A stretch of 57,750 bases of DNA, the filler included, from Perkinsus olseni (Eukaryota): the NCBI GenBank assembly GCA_013115125.1. It is 3 parts of 3 records of this genome, joined end to end, with 100 filler letters (N's around TTAATTAATTAA, not from the genome) between each part and the next. Parts side by side here need not be neighbours in the genome. Positions count along the whole stretch, not along the records: positions 38,668 to 57,750 come from JABANN010000604.1; 2 more parts are not named here. The stretch is one strand, 5' to 3'. The translations under genes were made by a program, and so were the position numbers. Each line of letters opens with the position of its first letter. Within the stretch, counting starts at the first letter, position 1. The notes under the pieces were generated by a model. The model saw only the letters and a list, made by a program, of their open reading frames with translations, was not told where the DNA came from and did no database searches. Shown in pieces: positions 38,668 through 49,786 of this stretch.

Positions 38668-39333
38668 AAGAAGGAAGAGGCCAAGCCCAAGAAGGAGGAG
38701 GCCAAGCCCAAGAAGGAGGCCGAACCCGAGAAGGAAGAGGCCAAGCCCAAGAAGGAAGAGGCCAAGCCCAAGAAGGAGGAGGCCAAGCCCAAGAAGGAGG
38801 CCGAACCCGAGAAGGAAGAGGCCAAGCCCAAGAAGGAAGAGGCCAAGCCCAAGAAGGAGGAGGCCAAGCCCAAGAAGGAGGCCGAACCCGAGAAGGAAGA
38901 GGCCAAGCCCAAGAAGGAAGAGGCCAAGCCCAAGAAGGAGGAGGCCAAGCCCAAGAAGGAGGCCGAACCCGAGAAGGAAGAGGTGAAGCCCAAGGAGGAG
39001 GCCGAGCCTGAGAAGGAAGAGGCCGAGCCCAAGGAGGAAGAGGTGAAGCCCGAGAAGGAAGAGGTGAAGCCCGAGAAGGAAGAGGTGGAGCCCAAGGAGG
39101 AAGAGGTGAAGCCCGTGAAGGAAGAAGCTGAGCTTGAAGAGATTGCTTCTACGGAAGAGGAGTCTAAGCCGGAGAGCGAGCTGCCCGAGTCCAAGACGGA
39201 GGTTGAAGCAGAAAAGTCTGTGGATGAGAAGGCTGATGATGAAGATTCTGAAACGGGAAAGTTTTCTGCTGTCGAGGAAGCCGCTGTAGCCCCCACCATC
39301 CAGTCAGCTGTAGTTCCCATCATGATGGCTTAG
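38668..39333 (+). CDS. 3' part of a Lys/Glu-rich repeat protein (KKEEAKP repeats); 5' end lies in the gap
   Basis: Open frame from the gap to TAG at 39331-39333; 21-nt units within an 81-nt higher-order repeat. Confidence 0.8.
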   Translation, partial: KKEEAKPKKEEAKPKKEAEPEKEEAKPKKEEAKPKKEEAKPKKEAEPEKEEAKPKKEEAKPKKEEAKPKKEAEPEKEEAKPKKEEAKPKKEEAKPKKEAEPEKEEVKPKEEAEPEKEEAEPKEEEVKPEKEEVKPEKEEVEPKEEEVKPVKEEAELEEIASTEEESKPESELPESKTEVEAEKSVDEKADDEDSETGKFSAVEEAAVAPTIQSAVVPIMMA

Positions 39334-40202
39334 TTAATTTCTCAAGAAGTTTTTGTCAGACAGTTTTTGACTAGTATCGGCAAGAATCGTGGAAACATGT
39401 CATTCTTCGACTAGTTATTATAAGTGACTTTCACCTACTTGCGGCTAGTTTCGTGTTGCCAAGTGTAAGAAACTGAGTACTCAATATCGAAGGTACTGTG
39501 TCTCTCCGCACGCCGCCCGGATTCGCTTTCGCTTAAAAGCTCTTCCCAGCCTCCTGCCATGCCTCCCTGCTATCGCCCCAGCGGTCAACATCGAATATCC
39601 TTGCATTGTATAGTCGGGCATTACTGTACAGCAGTCTCGGGAGGGGACAAGCGACTATCACTTGCCGTCTATGTACCACAACTTTCTTCACATATTGACT
39701 TTCACCGAACTGTAAATGTATTCCAGTGTTTGTACCTCTGTAACTGGTCAGCAGACGTGGCATCACAGCCACTTGATCCGCTCAAGTCAATTGATATCCC
39801 GTGCATGACGGCCGAAGACAAATGCGGGAATGAGATCCCTATCCCCCGTGGGCCGCGAAGCAGCACCCAGATAGTGGCTCCATACATTGTTCGATCGGCC
39901 TTCTCGCGCCACGTGGCATACCGGCCTCACTCTCGAATGGTGCACCTACTTCGTTACGGACCGTATGAACCTCCAATTCCTTGCCACGATATGCGGCTAT
40001 GCTGGCCCACCATCAGTAGGTCAGCTACGCTTCGCGTGCAGAAAAGCGCTCGAGTATAAAGTCCAAGTTAGGATGGGCACGTTCTTTTTTCCTCCACTAC
40101 TATGTCACTTGCTACCAGACATACTCATTACTCAACAATACAACGCGTAAAGCGTGGAGTAAATCGTGAAAGTGCAATGGTACTTGAAAGCGAACTGAGA
40201 TG

Positions 40203-40806
40203 TCAGCAGAGGCACGTTTGGTTGTCCACTAGCCGCGCCAGGACTTGACCTGCATTCGAGATGTCCGCGACGTCCTCGATGTGCCAGGCTGCACATCCCA
40301 GCAAAACTGCAATCATCGCTGCTGTTTTCTCGCCGAATATGAGAGTGAGAACAACTCCTCCTGTAACCCCCATCGTGAGTATCGCCAGATCTCTCACGTG
40401 ATCAGTCGGGGGATCATCAGGTATCGACACTATGGTCTCGAGCACCGCGTAGTTGGTGACCGCTTTTGCGACGTGCGTTGCATGCCGACAATACGGGCAG
40501 GTCACGTACTTGCCAAACAGCCAGGAATTAGACGTCACGGACTCCATGCACTTGGCGCAAACGCTATGTCCACACCGGGTGAGCACCTAAAGCCGATCCG
40601 AATTTTTACTGAGAGTCGCAGATGAAGCGTACCATGGGGCGATGCCTGGAATCGTCGTAGTCGTTGCAGCAGATGCCACATTCGAGAGGAGCTAGGACGC
40701 ATCCACTACTGACTTCTCGTGGCTTCACTCGCATTACGACTTGAGGCACAACTTGTGCTATCCGAGTCGACGCCCAGTCCCAATAGTCTATCATGTACTG
40801 TGACAT
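40203..40806 (-). CDS. C3HC4 RING-finger protein with C-terminal transmembrane helices (probable E3 ligase); 2 exons
   Basis: ECGICCNDYDDSRHRPM|VLTRCGHSVCAKC...VTCPYCR followed by two hydrophobic segments. Confidence 0.85.
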
Positions 40807-40887
40807 CAATCGCACATTTATTAAACAACGACTGAAGACGCGAGCGAGCTCAGCCTCCTCAAACTCAACAGAAGTAGCTGCCCAACG

Positions 40888-42537
40888 TCATGCAGTCAAT
40901 TGAAGGGTTCTCAATAGCCCCGCATACGGGCTACAGCCGTACCAGTCCACATGATGCCAGTCAAACCAGCACGCATGCGCATCGACCGCTCTATGCATGT
41001 TCCGAACGGATGCTTCACTTAGGTTCGACAAGTACTCGTATAATCTAACGTCAGCTTTGTCCATAGGCCACTTGACAGCGATGGAGCTCCAGTCAATCCA
41101 CTGGGTGAAGGGCAGCCGGACATGGTCGGAGAGAATGACTGGTATGCATCGAGAGTAAGCTATGGCTTCGAAAACTCTCATAGTCCACCAGCCCCTCCCT
41201 CTGGGGGCCAGACAGAAGTGGGAGTTGCCGTGAAGGAATCCGTACCGTAGATTCGGTCCGCCAACGCTCACACGATCGTCCAACCCTTGCAAGCTTCTGA
41301 TCAGATCCAGTCGGGTGGTCTCATTGACGGAGCGGTAGGACTGCGCAAGAGCGTGACCATTGCTGGTGTTGGCATGCTCGAAATGGCCCACTACTAGGTA
41401 CTCTCTGTCGACAGCAAGTCTCGCAAACACCCCCAAACGCTCAGCCTGGACCCTAGTCGTAGCAGAGGGAAGCACAATGTCCCAATCCGGTTTGAAGCAG
41501 CGGCCTACGGGGCAATGCTGGCAGGAGGCGTCGCCGCTACACTGCACGGGAAGGGCCTCTACCACAACGAAGCGTGCCTTGCGGTACCGATGCCAAGCTG
41601 ACAGTTTCCATATCTCGCTTAGGAGAGGTATCAGGTGTCCCTCAGCCTGAGTGTCCCAATACGTCATGACGCCCATCAAAGCAGCGTGGACCTCATCAGG
41701 GTCAGCCAGGTGCAGATCCAGGCACGAGAAGTAGACGGGGACGTAGAACCACCGGGCCTGCTCGGCAGCCAGCGTGCGACAAGGGCTGCGAAGTAGCTGT
41801 CTGTGGAGATAGACCTCCGTGAAGCCAGTACCAATCGACGCACAGCATATGGGGTTGCCGTAGAGAATGGACGTAGGGTCGGGAGTCTCATAGACGTAAA
41901 TGAGATTGCCAGCACACCGTGTGTCCGCTTCCGCCGAGGGCCTGTCGAAGAGGAAGAGATGGTAGTCTCTGAAGTAGGCGTGATCAACCCTATTCATCCA
42001 GTAGCAGTCCTCGATATCCTCCAGCCGGTTCCCGAGGGCAACCGCACGCTCGTACGTCGAGAGAGCCTCGGCGCGATCGGTGATATTCCCAAGGGCGACT
42101 AACTCCACCACAACCACACCAGCAGCGCATTCCTCGACCGCCTTAGCCCGATCCGCCTTGATCTGCATGTACTTAGCCCACACATCTATCGGCATTTTTC
42201 GGACGTTCATAGTCATCGACAGCGTCTGACTTCGCATGAGGGCCTCCCAGTCATCCTCCTTGCACTGGTCCTCGGCGAGGCAAGCTCCGTCCATCGTCGA
42301 AAGATACGTCATGATGTTGGGCATATTATCATCAGCATCAGCCATGACCTCCATGTGGGGGTAAGTTGGCTTGCAGCACCTGTCGTAGGTGAAGGCCCCA
42401 TCCCAACACTGTGGGTTGCCGCTCCCGAGGGGACGACAGCAGATCTCCTCCGTGAAGCCACCGGACCAGCAGAGGCTATTCCCACCAAGGACAGGAACTG
42501 GCAGTAGCAGAGCCGTCACGTGCAAGGGCAGACGCAT
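40888..42537 (-). CDS. Exostosin-family (GT47) glycosyltransferase, intronless
   Basis: Motifs IYVYE, WFYVPVY, SHFCLAPRGRGWWTMRVFEAI, CIPVILSDHVRLPF; signal peptide; N-terminal CW-x-G-x-FT-x3-CC doublet. Confidence 0.9.
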   Translation of the reverse strand: MRLPLHVTALLLPVPVLGGNSLCWSGGFTEEICCRPLGSGNPQCWDGAFTYDRCCKPTYPHMEVMADADDNMPNIMTYLSTMDGACLAEDQCKEDDWEALMRSQTLSMTMNVRKMPIDVWAKYMQIKADRAKAVEECAAGVVVVELVALGNITDRAEALSTYERAVALGNRLEDIEDCYWMNRVDHAYFRDYHLFLFDRPSAEADTRCAGNLIYVYETPDPTSILYGNPICCASIGTGFTEVYLHRQLLRSPCRTLAAEQARWFYVPVYFSCLDLHLADPDEVHAALMGVMTYWDTQAEGHLIPLLSEIWKLSAWHRYRKARFVVVEALPVQCSGDASCQHCPVGRCFKPDWDIVLPSATTRVQAERLGVFARLAVDREYLVVGHFEHANTSNGHALAQSYRSVNETTRLDLIRSLQGLDDRVSVGGPNLRYGFLHGNSHFCLAPRGRGWWTMRVFEAIAYSRCIPVILSDHVRLPFTQWIDWSSIAVKWPMDKADVRLYEYLSNLSEASVRNMHRAVDAHACWFDWHHVDWYGCSPYAGLLRTLQLTA

Positions 42538-42703
42538 CCGTTGGCGGCTGACAGCAGCTGGACCATCACCGGGAGGCACCTGACCTCTCTCTTAACAACA
42601 TACTGGGTCATCCTAACGCAGCGCACATTGGTCGTTGACACTTATAGGGACACTAGGGTGTTTTCTAAGATACGGCTACTGATACAGTAGTGGTAATTGT
42701 AAA

Positions 42704-44676
42704 CTAAATAAACCGAGGGCTTTTGGACTGCAGCTCTTCCTCGTTCTCCTGCTGCTCATCATCGTCAGCTAGCTTCAGATTGTCTTGCTTCAGCGACAGC
42801 ATCTTGAACTTATTGGGCTCCACCTCCACTCTGACAGCCACTCGACCATCGTCGGTGACCTATGGGTCACAATGGATGCCAAGGGGAAGGGGCCTCGGAT
42901 GCTACCTTAACGACTTCAGCTGGCTTCCCGTTGTAGTGTTGCGCCTTCACAAGGCCGGTCACTACTACTCGATCACCGTCCATAAATGAGCGTGAGTCGC
43001 CGTACAACTCTTGAGGGACGCTCACCCTGATCAGCACGCATGCACAGAAGATATTTTGTTGCAGCGGCCTACCTGTCGACCAAGGGTTTTGGGATGCTGC
43101 CCTTGCGATACCCATCTGGCAGAAGCATCTGGCTGAAGTTGAGGAGGTTGGGCACTCCCGTGACCTGATGCAGCACGCGTTTTTTCCTCAGAAGCTCCCG
43201 CCACGGTGAGCCACCTCAAAAGGCAGCAAGGGCAACTGTACGACGGACAAGTTTGCGTCGGCGACCTCAGGGAAGTTGCAGAGCTCACTCAGGTACTTCT
43301 GCTGAATCGAGTTTCTGAAAAACGACATTGAAACTTAGCGGAGCGATGCAGCTTCCTCACCGGGCCCGGCAGAACTGAAGCGCGTCTGCAACTATACTCC
43401 ACTGTGCCTTGCCAAGAGCCTAAGGGAATATGGTAATCTACAATCATGGACTTCGGTGCGGTACTTCCTCGCCCTTCCGAGCGATGGTGGCATCGTCAAT
43501 CGGCAAGGTGGTGAAGTCGCCGAGGACAAGTTGATTCACAACAACGTGTGAGACCGCGACTTGGTCCTTGTGAAGCTCCTGAAGAAATCTACTGTGAACC
43601 GCCACACGCCACAAAATTCGCTCACCCTTAGAAGCCTCTGACTCTCTTTAATGCTGAGGTACTCAGCAATGCATACCACAACAAACGTAGTTCTCATCCG
43701 ATCCTTCAGCATTCGGCCAACCTTCTCAATACCCTTCTTGTAGTCGCGTATCCTCGAGGTCACCTACAGCCCTTATCACTTAAACTCCCCCGTGACGATG
43801 AACGCGCAGTACCTTCTTCCGCAAGGCTTCCGTTTGCGAGTAATTACCACCTTTCACCATCTGCCAGTACTGCCAGAGGGATGTCTGCCAGGACTCCAGC
43901 TTAGTCAGCCCGACCTGAGATCAACCGAGAAGCCCTCGTCCGTTGAAGTCGGTACAGCGGAGCTCGCCACAGTCCGGAGCGTCCTGAGGCGCTTCCCTCA
44001 CCTGCAGGATATCGGGTAGCTGTAGCAGCTTCAGGGTATGGCCCGTCGGGGCTGTATCGAAGACTATGATGTCATAGTGACCGCCCTCTAGCAGGTCTAC
44101 TACGGACGAGAGGGCAGTGGCCTCGTCAATACCGGGTATGCCCGAGATCCAGTCCTGAAGGGGTCACTGCAACTCCGATGCTCCTGAGCAGCCACCTCCC
44201 TTCTACTTGAAGTTTTTCGACGTTGTCAATAAGGTCATTGTAGCCGGCCTGGTTGGCGAGCTGGCCCCACTGATACAGCTCCTCCGCTAGGTATGTGTGA
44301 GGGTTGATCTCGAGCACGTCCAAATTCGGAACGCCTGGTACTGGGGTGGGCTGAACGAGAACCCCATCGAGCTTCGCTGTCGCCCAATCCACCGAGCACT
44401 ACCTCACCACCGAACCGTGTTCTGAAGGCGTCACCCAGACTGTGAGCTGGGTCTGTTGAGAGCAAGAGGACCTTGCGCGTGTATGCTAATTGCATGGCGA
44501 TCGCTGAGGAGGTTGTGGTCTTGCCTGACACCGAGGCCCTCCAAACCACGCCACTACTCCCCGCTACTATTACCGACACCCCCCTTTCCGCCGACGAATA
44601 TGAATTTAAGATTCGGGTCTTCGACTATCTTGTCGATGTAAGCCTGTCGGTCGTGGGCCGAATTCACGGAGTTCAT
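42704..44676 (-). CDS. Get3/ASNA1/ArsA-family ATPase with an added C-terminal SH3-like module; about 12 exons
   Basis: [13 protein letters not shown]-loop, [63 protein letters not shown]; introns splice in phase. Confidence 0.9.
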
Positions 44677-44832
44677 AATAACAAGGAACGAGAGGGCAGG
44701 AACAACTAGGGGGGAGGAGCTCGGCTCTGTCCGTCCTTGTACTAACACGCAAGACAAATTGGGCCGAGAAAAATAATACTGAAGTTAACTGAAGATTCAT
44801 TCAAGTGAGAATAAGGTCTGGTCTCTCCGAGA

Positions 44833-44892
44833 GCAAGCACATCATCACCGAGGTGAGCTCAAAGGCTTTTGACCCCAGGATTCATTCGCTGC
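44833..44892 (-). promoter_or_regulatory. Eukaryotic SECIS element (type II) in the SPS2 3'UTR
   Basis: GCAGCGA-AUGA-A-UCCUGGGGUC-AAAA-GCCUUUGAGC-UC-ACCUCGGUGA-UGAU-GUGCUUGC: AUGA/GA quartet, roughly 10-bp helix II, apical AA, mini-stem and helix I. Confidence 0.85.
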
Positions 44893-44925
44893 AATCGGAA
44901 AAACTTTCCCTGTACTCTCACTGCT

Positions 44926-46092
44926 CTACACCTCGACCACCTTATGATCGGGCAAAATACTGGCACCTTGCTTATCGCCATTCTTGGTTTCGACCACCCG
45001 ACCAACGATCCAGCCCCACTCCCTGCGAGGATCGTCATCGCCATAGCAGTTCCTCAGAGCCTTGACGAATTTCGCGGCAGTTTCCTCGTCCTTAAGCATG
45101 ACCAGCAGGCCTCCACTGGTCTCGGACGCGCGGCCCTCGAACAAGCCGTAGTCCCTGCCATTCGGTCGGGCTGTCGATAGGGTCTTGCAGCCCCTGATGA
45201 CCGGTATGGTGTCGATCTCGATGCTGGCTCCAGACTTCTGCACCCGAGCCAGGTTATCAGCATGACCGAGTAGGCCGAAACCGGTGACATCAGTGGCACC
45301 TAGGGCACCGAACTCCCGCATGTACTTGCAGCCGTTCTTGTTGAGAGTCATCATACTGAGATCTCCCATCTTGACGGCTCTGGTACAGGTCTCTGTGTCC
45401 AGGCCAGCATCCACGACCTTAGCCCACTGGCCTTGGTTTATCATCCACAGGGCGAGATTGCCGGTAATCTGCGTACCCAAAGGCTTGGTCAACACGATGA
45501 CGTTGCCAGGCACGGCTAAGTCGGTCCGGACCAGCTGCGACTGGGGTACCGTGGCCATGGCGCAGCCACCCAAAAGCGGCCAGGGGTTGAAGACAGTCTG
45601 ACCACCGGTGACCTTGGTCCCGGCCTCCTCGCAGCAAGCATTGAAACCCTCAATCATCTTTTTGGTGACGATGGTCTGTTCTTCGGGCGACATCTTCATG
45701 CTGACTGTGAGTATCATGAGGATGTTGTTGACGTCGTCCGCACCGACGGCGTAGAGGTCGGACAGGGTGTTGGCGGCCGCGATCCAACCTTGGTTGAACG
45801 GGTCTTGAGAGATGGGGGAGAGGAAGTCGGTGCTCGACACGAGGACGCGTTCGCCGTCGCCGACGGGCACCACAGAGCAATCGGGAGAATCTTCAGTTAA
45901 CATGTTGCCATCGCCGATCGCCGGCAAGAAGCTGCTGAGCTGATCGGCTTTGACCTTGCAACCTCAGCCCTTCCTTTCACTGAAGGACGTGAGTACGAAG
46001 TCCTTGGACAGGCCCAAGGAGGTCGGGTCCCACACCCTAGGGGGTAAGGTGCTCTCCGAGGTTGCAGTCTCGGAGGCAGTAGAACTACTCAT
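44926..46092 (-). CDS. SPS2: Selenophosphate synthetase 2 (selenoprotein, Sec43), intronless, 388 aa
   Basis: ATG at 46092 reads MSSSTASE...FSERKG-U(TGA 45964-45966)-GCKV in frame with the 333-aa ORF. SelD motifs TDF, ANTLSDLYAVG, GGQT, LTKPLGT, TDVTGFGLLGH, ETSGGLL. Confidence 0.95.
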
Positions 46093-46577
46093 TAACAAGA
46101 CAGGCTCTGCTCGATAAAAATCAACTAAATAAGACGAGAAGGTAATGGGCCGCTTCAGGGTTCCCGTACACTCGGTGAAAGCCCAACAGATAAAATTTCC
46201 AGAGGCTAGAGCCTAACGAGAAGTGGATTTTGAGGTCCTGGGCTGTGCGTCGCTCCGCTAGCAAAAATCGCGCACGCCCTCGACGCAGAATTGATCGCTG
46301 ACGCAGGGCCGACGCTCATTCCTGAGTCGAAATCCTCGGGTCCATTTTCCAGCCGCCCTCTTGTCCTCACACAGCAGGGGGGTGTGATCCTTTGTTAAGG
46401 CGGGAAATAGGGCTCTAGGAGACCACGTCAGCTGTAGACGCTGTTGTGAAATCACGCGAGTTTCATCATCGGGAAGTGGAGTTGTCGTCCCGGTGACAGT
46501 AGTACGATAGATAGCGGTGGGAGAGGAGGAAGGATCCTCCTGAGGACACGGCGTTTTCAGTGAATTTTTTGTTGGCC

Positions 46578-48065
46578 ATGAAAGCGTCAAATTCAACGTC
46601 AAGCTTTTCCGAACCGTACGAGTCGAAACCGCTGCTGCGGAATCGGCAAGGCAAGTCGGAGGAGCATCTTCCGCCTACGACCAGCGCTGCGGCCATGTGG
46701 TGGAAGTCGATGAAACGGTGGCCCAAGGAAGTCTGGCTCATATTCCTGTTGAAGTACCTAGAGTCCTACGCCTACTTCGTCTTTGCCTACACTCTGATCC
46801 TCTTCCTCTCTGATGAGTTTGGATTCTCTGACGAGGAGGCCGGTTGGAGTTACGGTTTTTATGGTATGCTCGTTAGCGTCTATGGCTTCATCATGGGTTC
46901 GGTAATTGACACTCTCGGGCCACGGTGGTCGCTCACGGGTGGCATGAGCATACTGCTAGTCTCCAGACTCGTCATGGCGACGACCTACTCGACCCACGTC
47001 CTGGCTGCGGTCCTCTTCACCGTCCTTCCAATCGGAGGTGCTCTGGGCATCCCGGTCATGCAGATAGCCATTAAGCGCTTTACTGAGGGCGAGGATCGTT
47101 CCACTGCCTTTTCTATGTTCTACGTTATCATGAACGTGGCGGCCATCACAGCTGCGCCGTGCATCGACGCGTTCCACCGTGCCTTCCCTCGAGGAATCGC
47201 CTTGGCACTGGCGGGAGGGGACGTCCATATAACAGTGTCCAGCTACCGGATCCTCTTCCTCACTGGTGCCTTCGTCACAGCCCTTTGTCTGGTCATCTGC
47301 CTGCTCTTCCTGAGGGACCCCCCTTCGGAGCCCAACTCGGCTTCTGAGAAAGCACCTGGGCAGCTGTTCCAGGAGGTCATGGCCAGCGATGGCTTCTGGC
47401 GGTTCCTTCTACTGGTCGTACTGTTGATGGGCGTTCGAGTCATTTACCGCCATATGGACGCTACTTTCCCGAAGTACATGGTCAGGGAGTTCGGTCCTGA
47501 AGCCCTGTACGGTACCATCATCGCCCTCAACCCTCTCTGTGTAGTGCTGCTAGTCCCCTTGCTATCGCCATTGGCCCTCAAGTACCACCCACTGAAGCTG
47601 ATAATAGTCGGAGCTACAGTGACCGCCGTCTCCCCTTACTTCCTGGTTATGGGTCACACCTACATCACCTGCGTCTGCTTCGTCCTGTGCCTCTCTCTAG
47701 GGGAGTCCATCTGGTCGCCTCGTCTTTACGAGTACACCGTCACGGTGGCAGAGGACGGCCGCGAGGGAACGTACATGGCCTTGGCGTCCACCCCTATGTT
47801 TGTAGCCACCCTGTTCACAGGCGCGGTCTCCGGTTGGCTGCTCGACACGCTTTGTCCGGCCAACGGAGTTCGGCATGCGGAGTTCATGTGGCTGCTCATT
47901 GCCTTGGGCAGCACCATCTCCCCGGTGCTCCTATTCGTCTTTCGGGACTCTATTGCGGGCTGCAAGCTGTCGGAGTTGGAGTGGCCGGTGGCGGAGCATT
48001 CTGAGGAGACGGAACCTGAGCGGACTACCACTAGTAGCAGTAGCAGCAGTAGCCCTGTAACATAG
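46578..48065 (+). CDS. MFS transporter, POT/PTR2 peptide-transporter-like, intronless
   Basis: About 12 hydrophobic helices; motifs GSVIDTLG, RSTAFSMFYVIMNV, LGESIWSP, GTYMAL. Confidence 0.85.
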   Translation: MKASNSTSSFSEPYESKPLLRNRQGKSEEHLPPTTSAAAMWWKSMKRWPKEVWLIFLLKYLESYAYFVFAYTLILFLSDEFGFSDEEAGWSYGFYGMLVSVYGFIMGSVIDTLGPRWSLTGGMSILLVSRLVMATTYSTHVLAAVLFTVLPIGGALGIPVMQIAIKRFTEGEDRSTAFSMFYVIMNVAAITAAPCIDAFHRAFPRGIALALAGGDVHITVSSYRILFLTGAFVTALCLVICLLFLRDPPSEPNSASEKAPGQLFQEVMASDGFWRFLLLVVLLMGVRVIYRHMDATFPKYMVREFGPEALYGTIIALNPLCVVLLVPLLSPLALKYHPLKLIIVGATVTAVSPYFLVMGHTYITCVCFVLCLSLGESIWSPRLYEYTVTVAEDGREGTYMALASTPMFVATLFTGAVSGWLLDTLCPANGVRHAEFMWLLIALGSTISPVLLFVFRDSIAGCKLSELEWPVAEHSEETEPERTTTSSSSSSSPVT

Positions 48066-48186
48066 CCAATCCATGCTCTCATGAAAAAATAGTTGTGACT
48101 TGCCTTGCCTTGTGTGACTTGCAGAAGGGTTGAGCTGTTAGTTTTCTAGATGGGGAGATCGCGTCGATTAGGTTTGCCGGGTTGTC

Positions 48187-49191
48187 ATGCCTGCAGCAGT
48201 GGAGTCCCGAGTACGAGGGGAAGGTTGTTCTTTGGCGGTTACCGATGCACCTTGTCCGAAGAAGAAAGGGTATCCGACTGGTCCCGAGCGAATCCAGGAG
48301 GTGGTCATCAAAGAAGAATCCCATTTTAAGGGAGTCAGGCTGTACCCAGGAGACAGTGGTAGATTTTCCAGACTAGTGTCGTTCGTCGAAGCAACGCACT
48401 CGGCGGCCTCGACGGTGACGGCTGTTTTGTCCCTAAGCGGTGCGACCACTCAAGGCTTCCTCCTCTACTCCATCCACCCAGCCCTCCACTGGACACTTTC
48501 GATGGCCGAGGTTGGTGTCATCGCGACTGCGAGCACCTCTGTGCTCACCATTATACGCGAATGTTCCGGAGATGGTCTGCCGGTGGTCTGGGAGGCCTGC
48601 ATGAGGGTTGGCACGGTTCTGAGTCCTTGGGCGAGTCTGGCGTCGAGCGCCTTGCTCATCGTCACCACCTCTTCCTCATGGGCCCCTTTTTATGCTACAG
48701 TTCTTGCGTTCAACACAGGAGGCCTTGCCCTTGCCGAATGGACGCGCGCCCTGCTTCGGAAGTCTTCTGATGGGTTGACAAGAACGCTGGGAACTGCCGG
48801 GGCCTGGTTCGGAGCTCTCATCGGGGCAGCGTCCTCAGTGGTACTCAGTGTGTCCCTGGCCAGTGGTACCGGTCCCTTATCGCTGGTCCTCTACTCCGGT
48901 CTGTGCCAGCTGGGCTGGGGTCAGCCCACTATTGGGCTTGCCTTCACTGGCGGTATGAGTGCCGCTGGGGCGTTATGCGGCGGAGCGCTGGGCGCCGTAG
49001 CCGGCAAACTCCATCACGTGAATCACTCGAGCTCTGCCGCGAGGGCTCGCCATTTTTGGTTTGATTGGCTTGGTTGCGGAGAGAACTGCGTGGAGGAGGA
49101 CGAGCCCGGTAGTGAACGCTCCACCTACGATCCGGAGGCGCCAGTATTGAGGCGGATCAGAGACGTTCTTGTGGAGATCGGCTGGCTTTAA
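48187..49191 (+). CDS. Hypothetical multi-pass membrane protein, 334 aa
   Basis: Long ATG-initiated ORF with several Gly/Ala-rich hydrophobic segments. Confidence 0.65.
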   Translation: MPAAVESRVRGEGCSLAVTDAPCPKKKGYPTGPERIQEVVIKEESHFKGVRLYPGDSGRFSRLVSFVEATHSAASTVTAVLSLSGATTQGFLLYSIHPALHWTLSMAEVGVIATASTSVLTIIRECSGDGLPVVWEACMRVGTVLSPWASLASSALLIVTTSSSWAPFYATVLAFNTGGLALAEWTRALLRKSSDGLTRTLGTAGAWFGALIGAASSVVLSVSLASGTGPLSLVLYSGLCQLGWGQPTIGLAFTGGMSAAGALCGGALGAVAGKLHHVNHSSSAARARHFWFDWLGCGENCVEEDEPGSERSTYDPEAPVLRRIRDVLVEIGWL

Positions 49192-49786
49192 CAAGTGATT
49201 CATTCGACTTGACTTACGTTCGAGAACAATAGTCGCTTAATTCATGATTATCAGTACTCTGGACGGGTCGTGTCAAGTTGGCATTTTCAATAGAGTGGCA
49301 GAGGCAGGTCTGCATTTTCATTTTCGATTCCCGTCAACGGGTTCGAAGGCGTTCTGAGGGCTTCATTCTCCCTCTGCGTGTCATTGAGGATTGTCGGATC
49401 AAAAGAGCCGCTGTGAAGTGGTGTAGAATACTCTTTTCTATCGGCTGTACGGTAAGCGTGGCAGGTTCCTGCTGAATGACGGGACGATCGGTTTTTTCGC
49501 TTTTCCAGCCGTGCCATCTTGTTTGAAGAGAATTCGTCAACACTGACTATCTGTAGGGGAAAATTCAATATGAGAAAGTGAGGCTATTAGGCCACATGAC
49601 ATAGGGCCTTCATCTTTGCGTGTGGCATAGTGGCTTCACTTTTGCACCTGGCGTAGTGACCTCATCTTCTCACGTAGTATTATCTCACGTCACCACAGTC
49701 CGCCGCTGTACTAGGGCGTTGTATGATTCCGCTGCTGCCGTCTTGAGTGGGATAGGCTCGACTCGCCCTCCCTTCAGTTCTGATGT

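Noticed and set aside
38616-39323. 235-aa Ser/Phe/Leu repeat ORF on the minus strand
   Set aside because: Antisense shadow of the EK-repeat CDS
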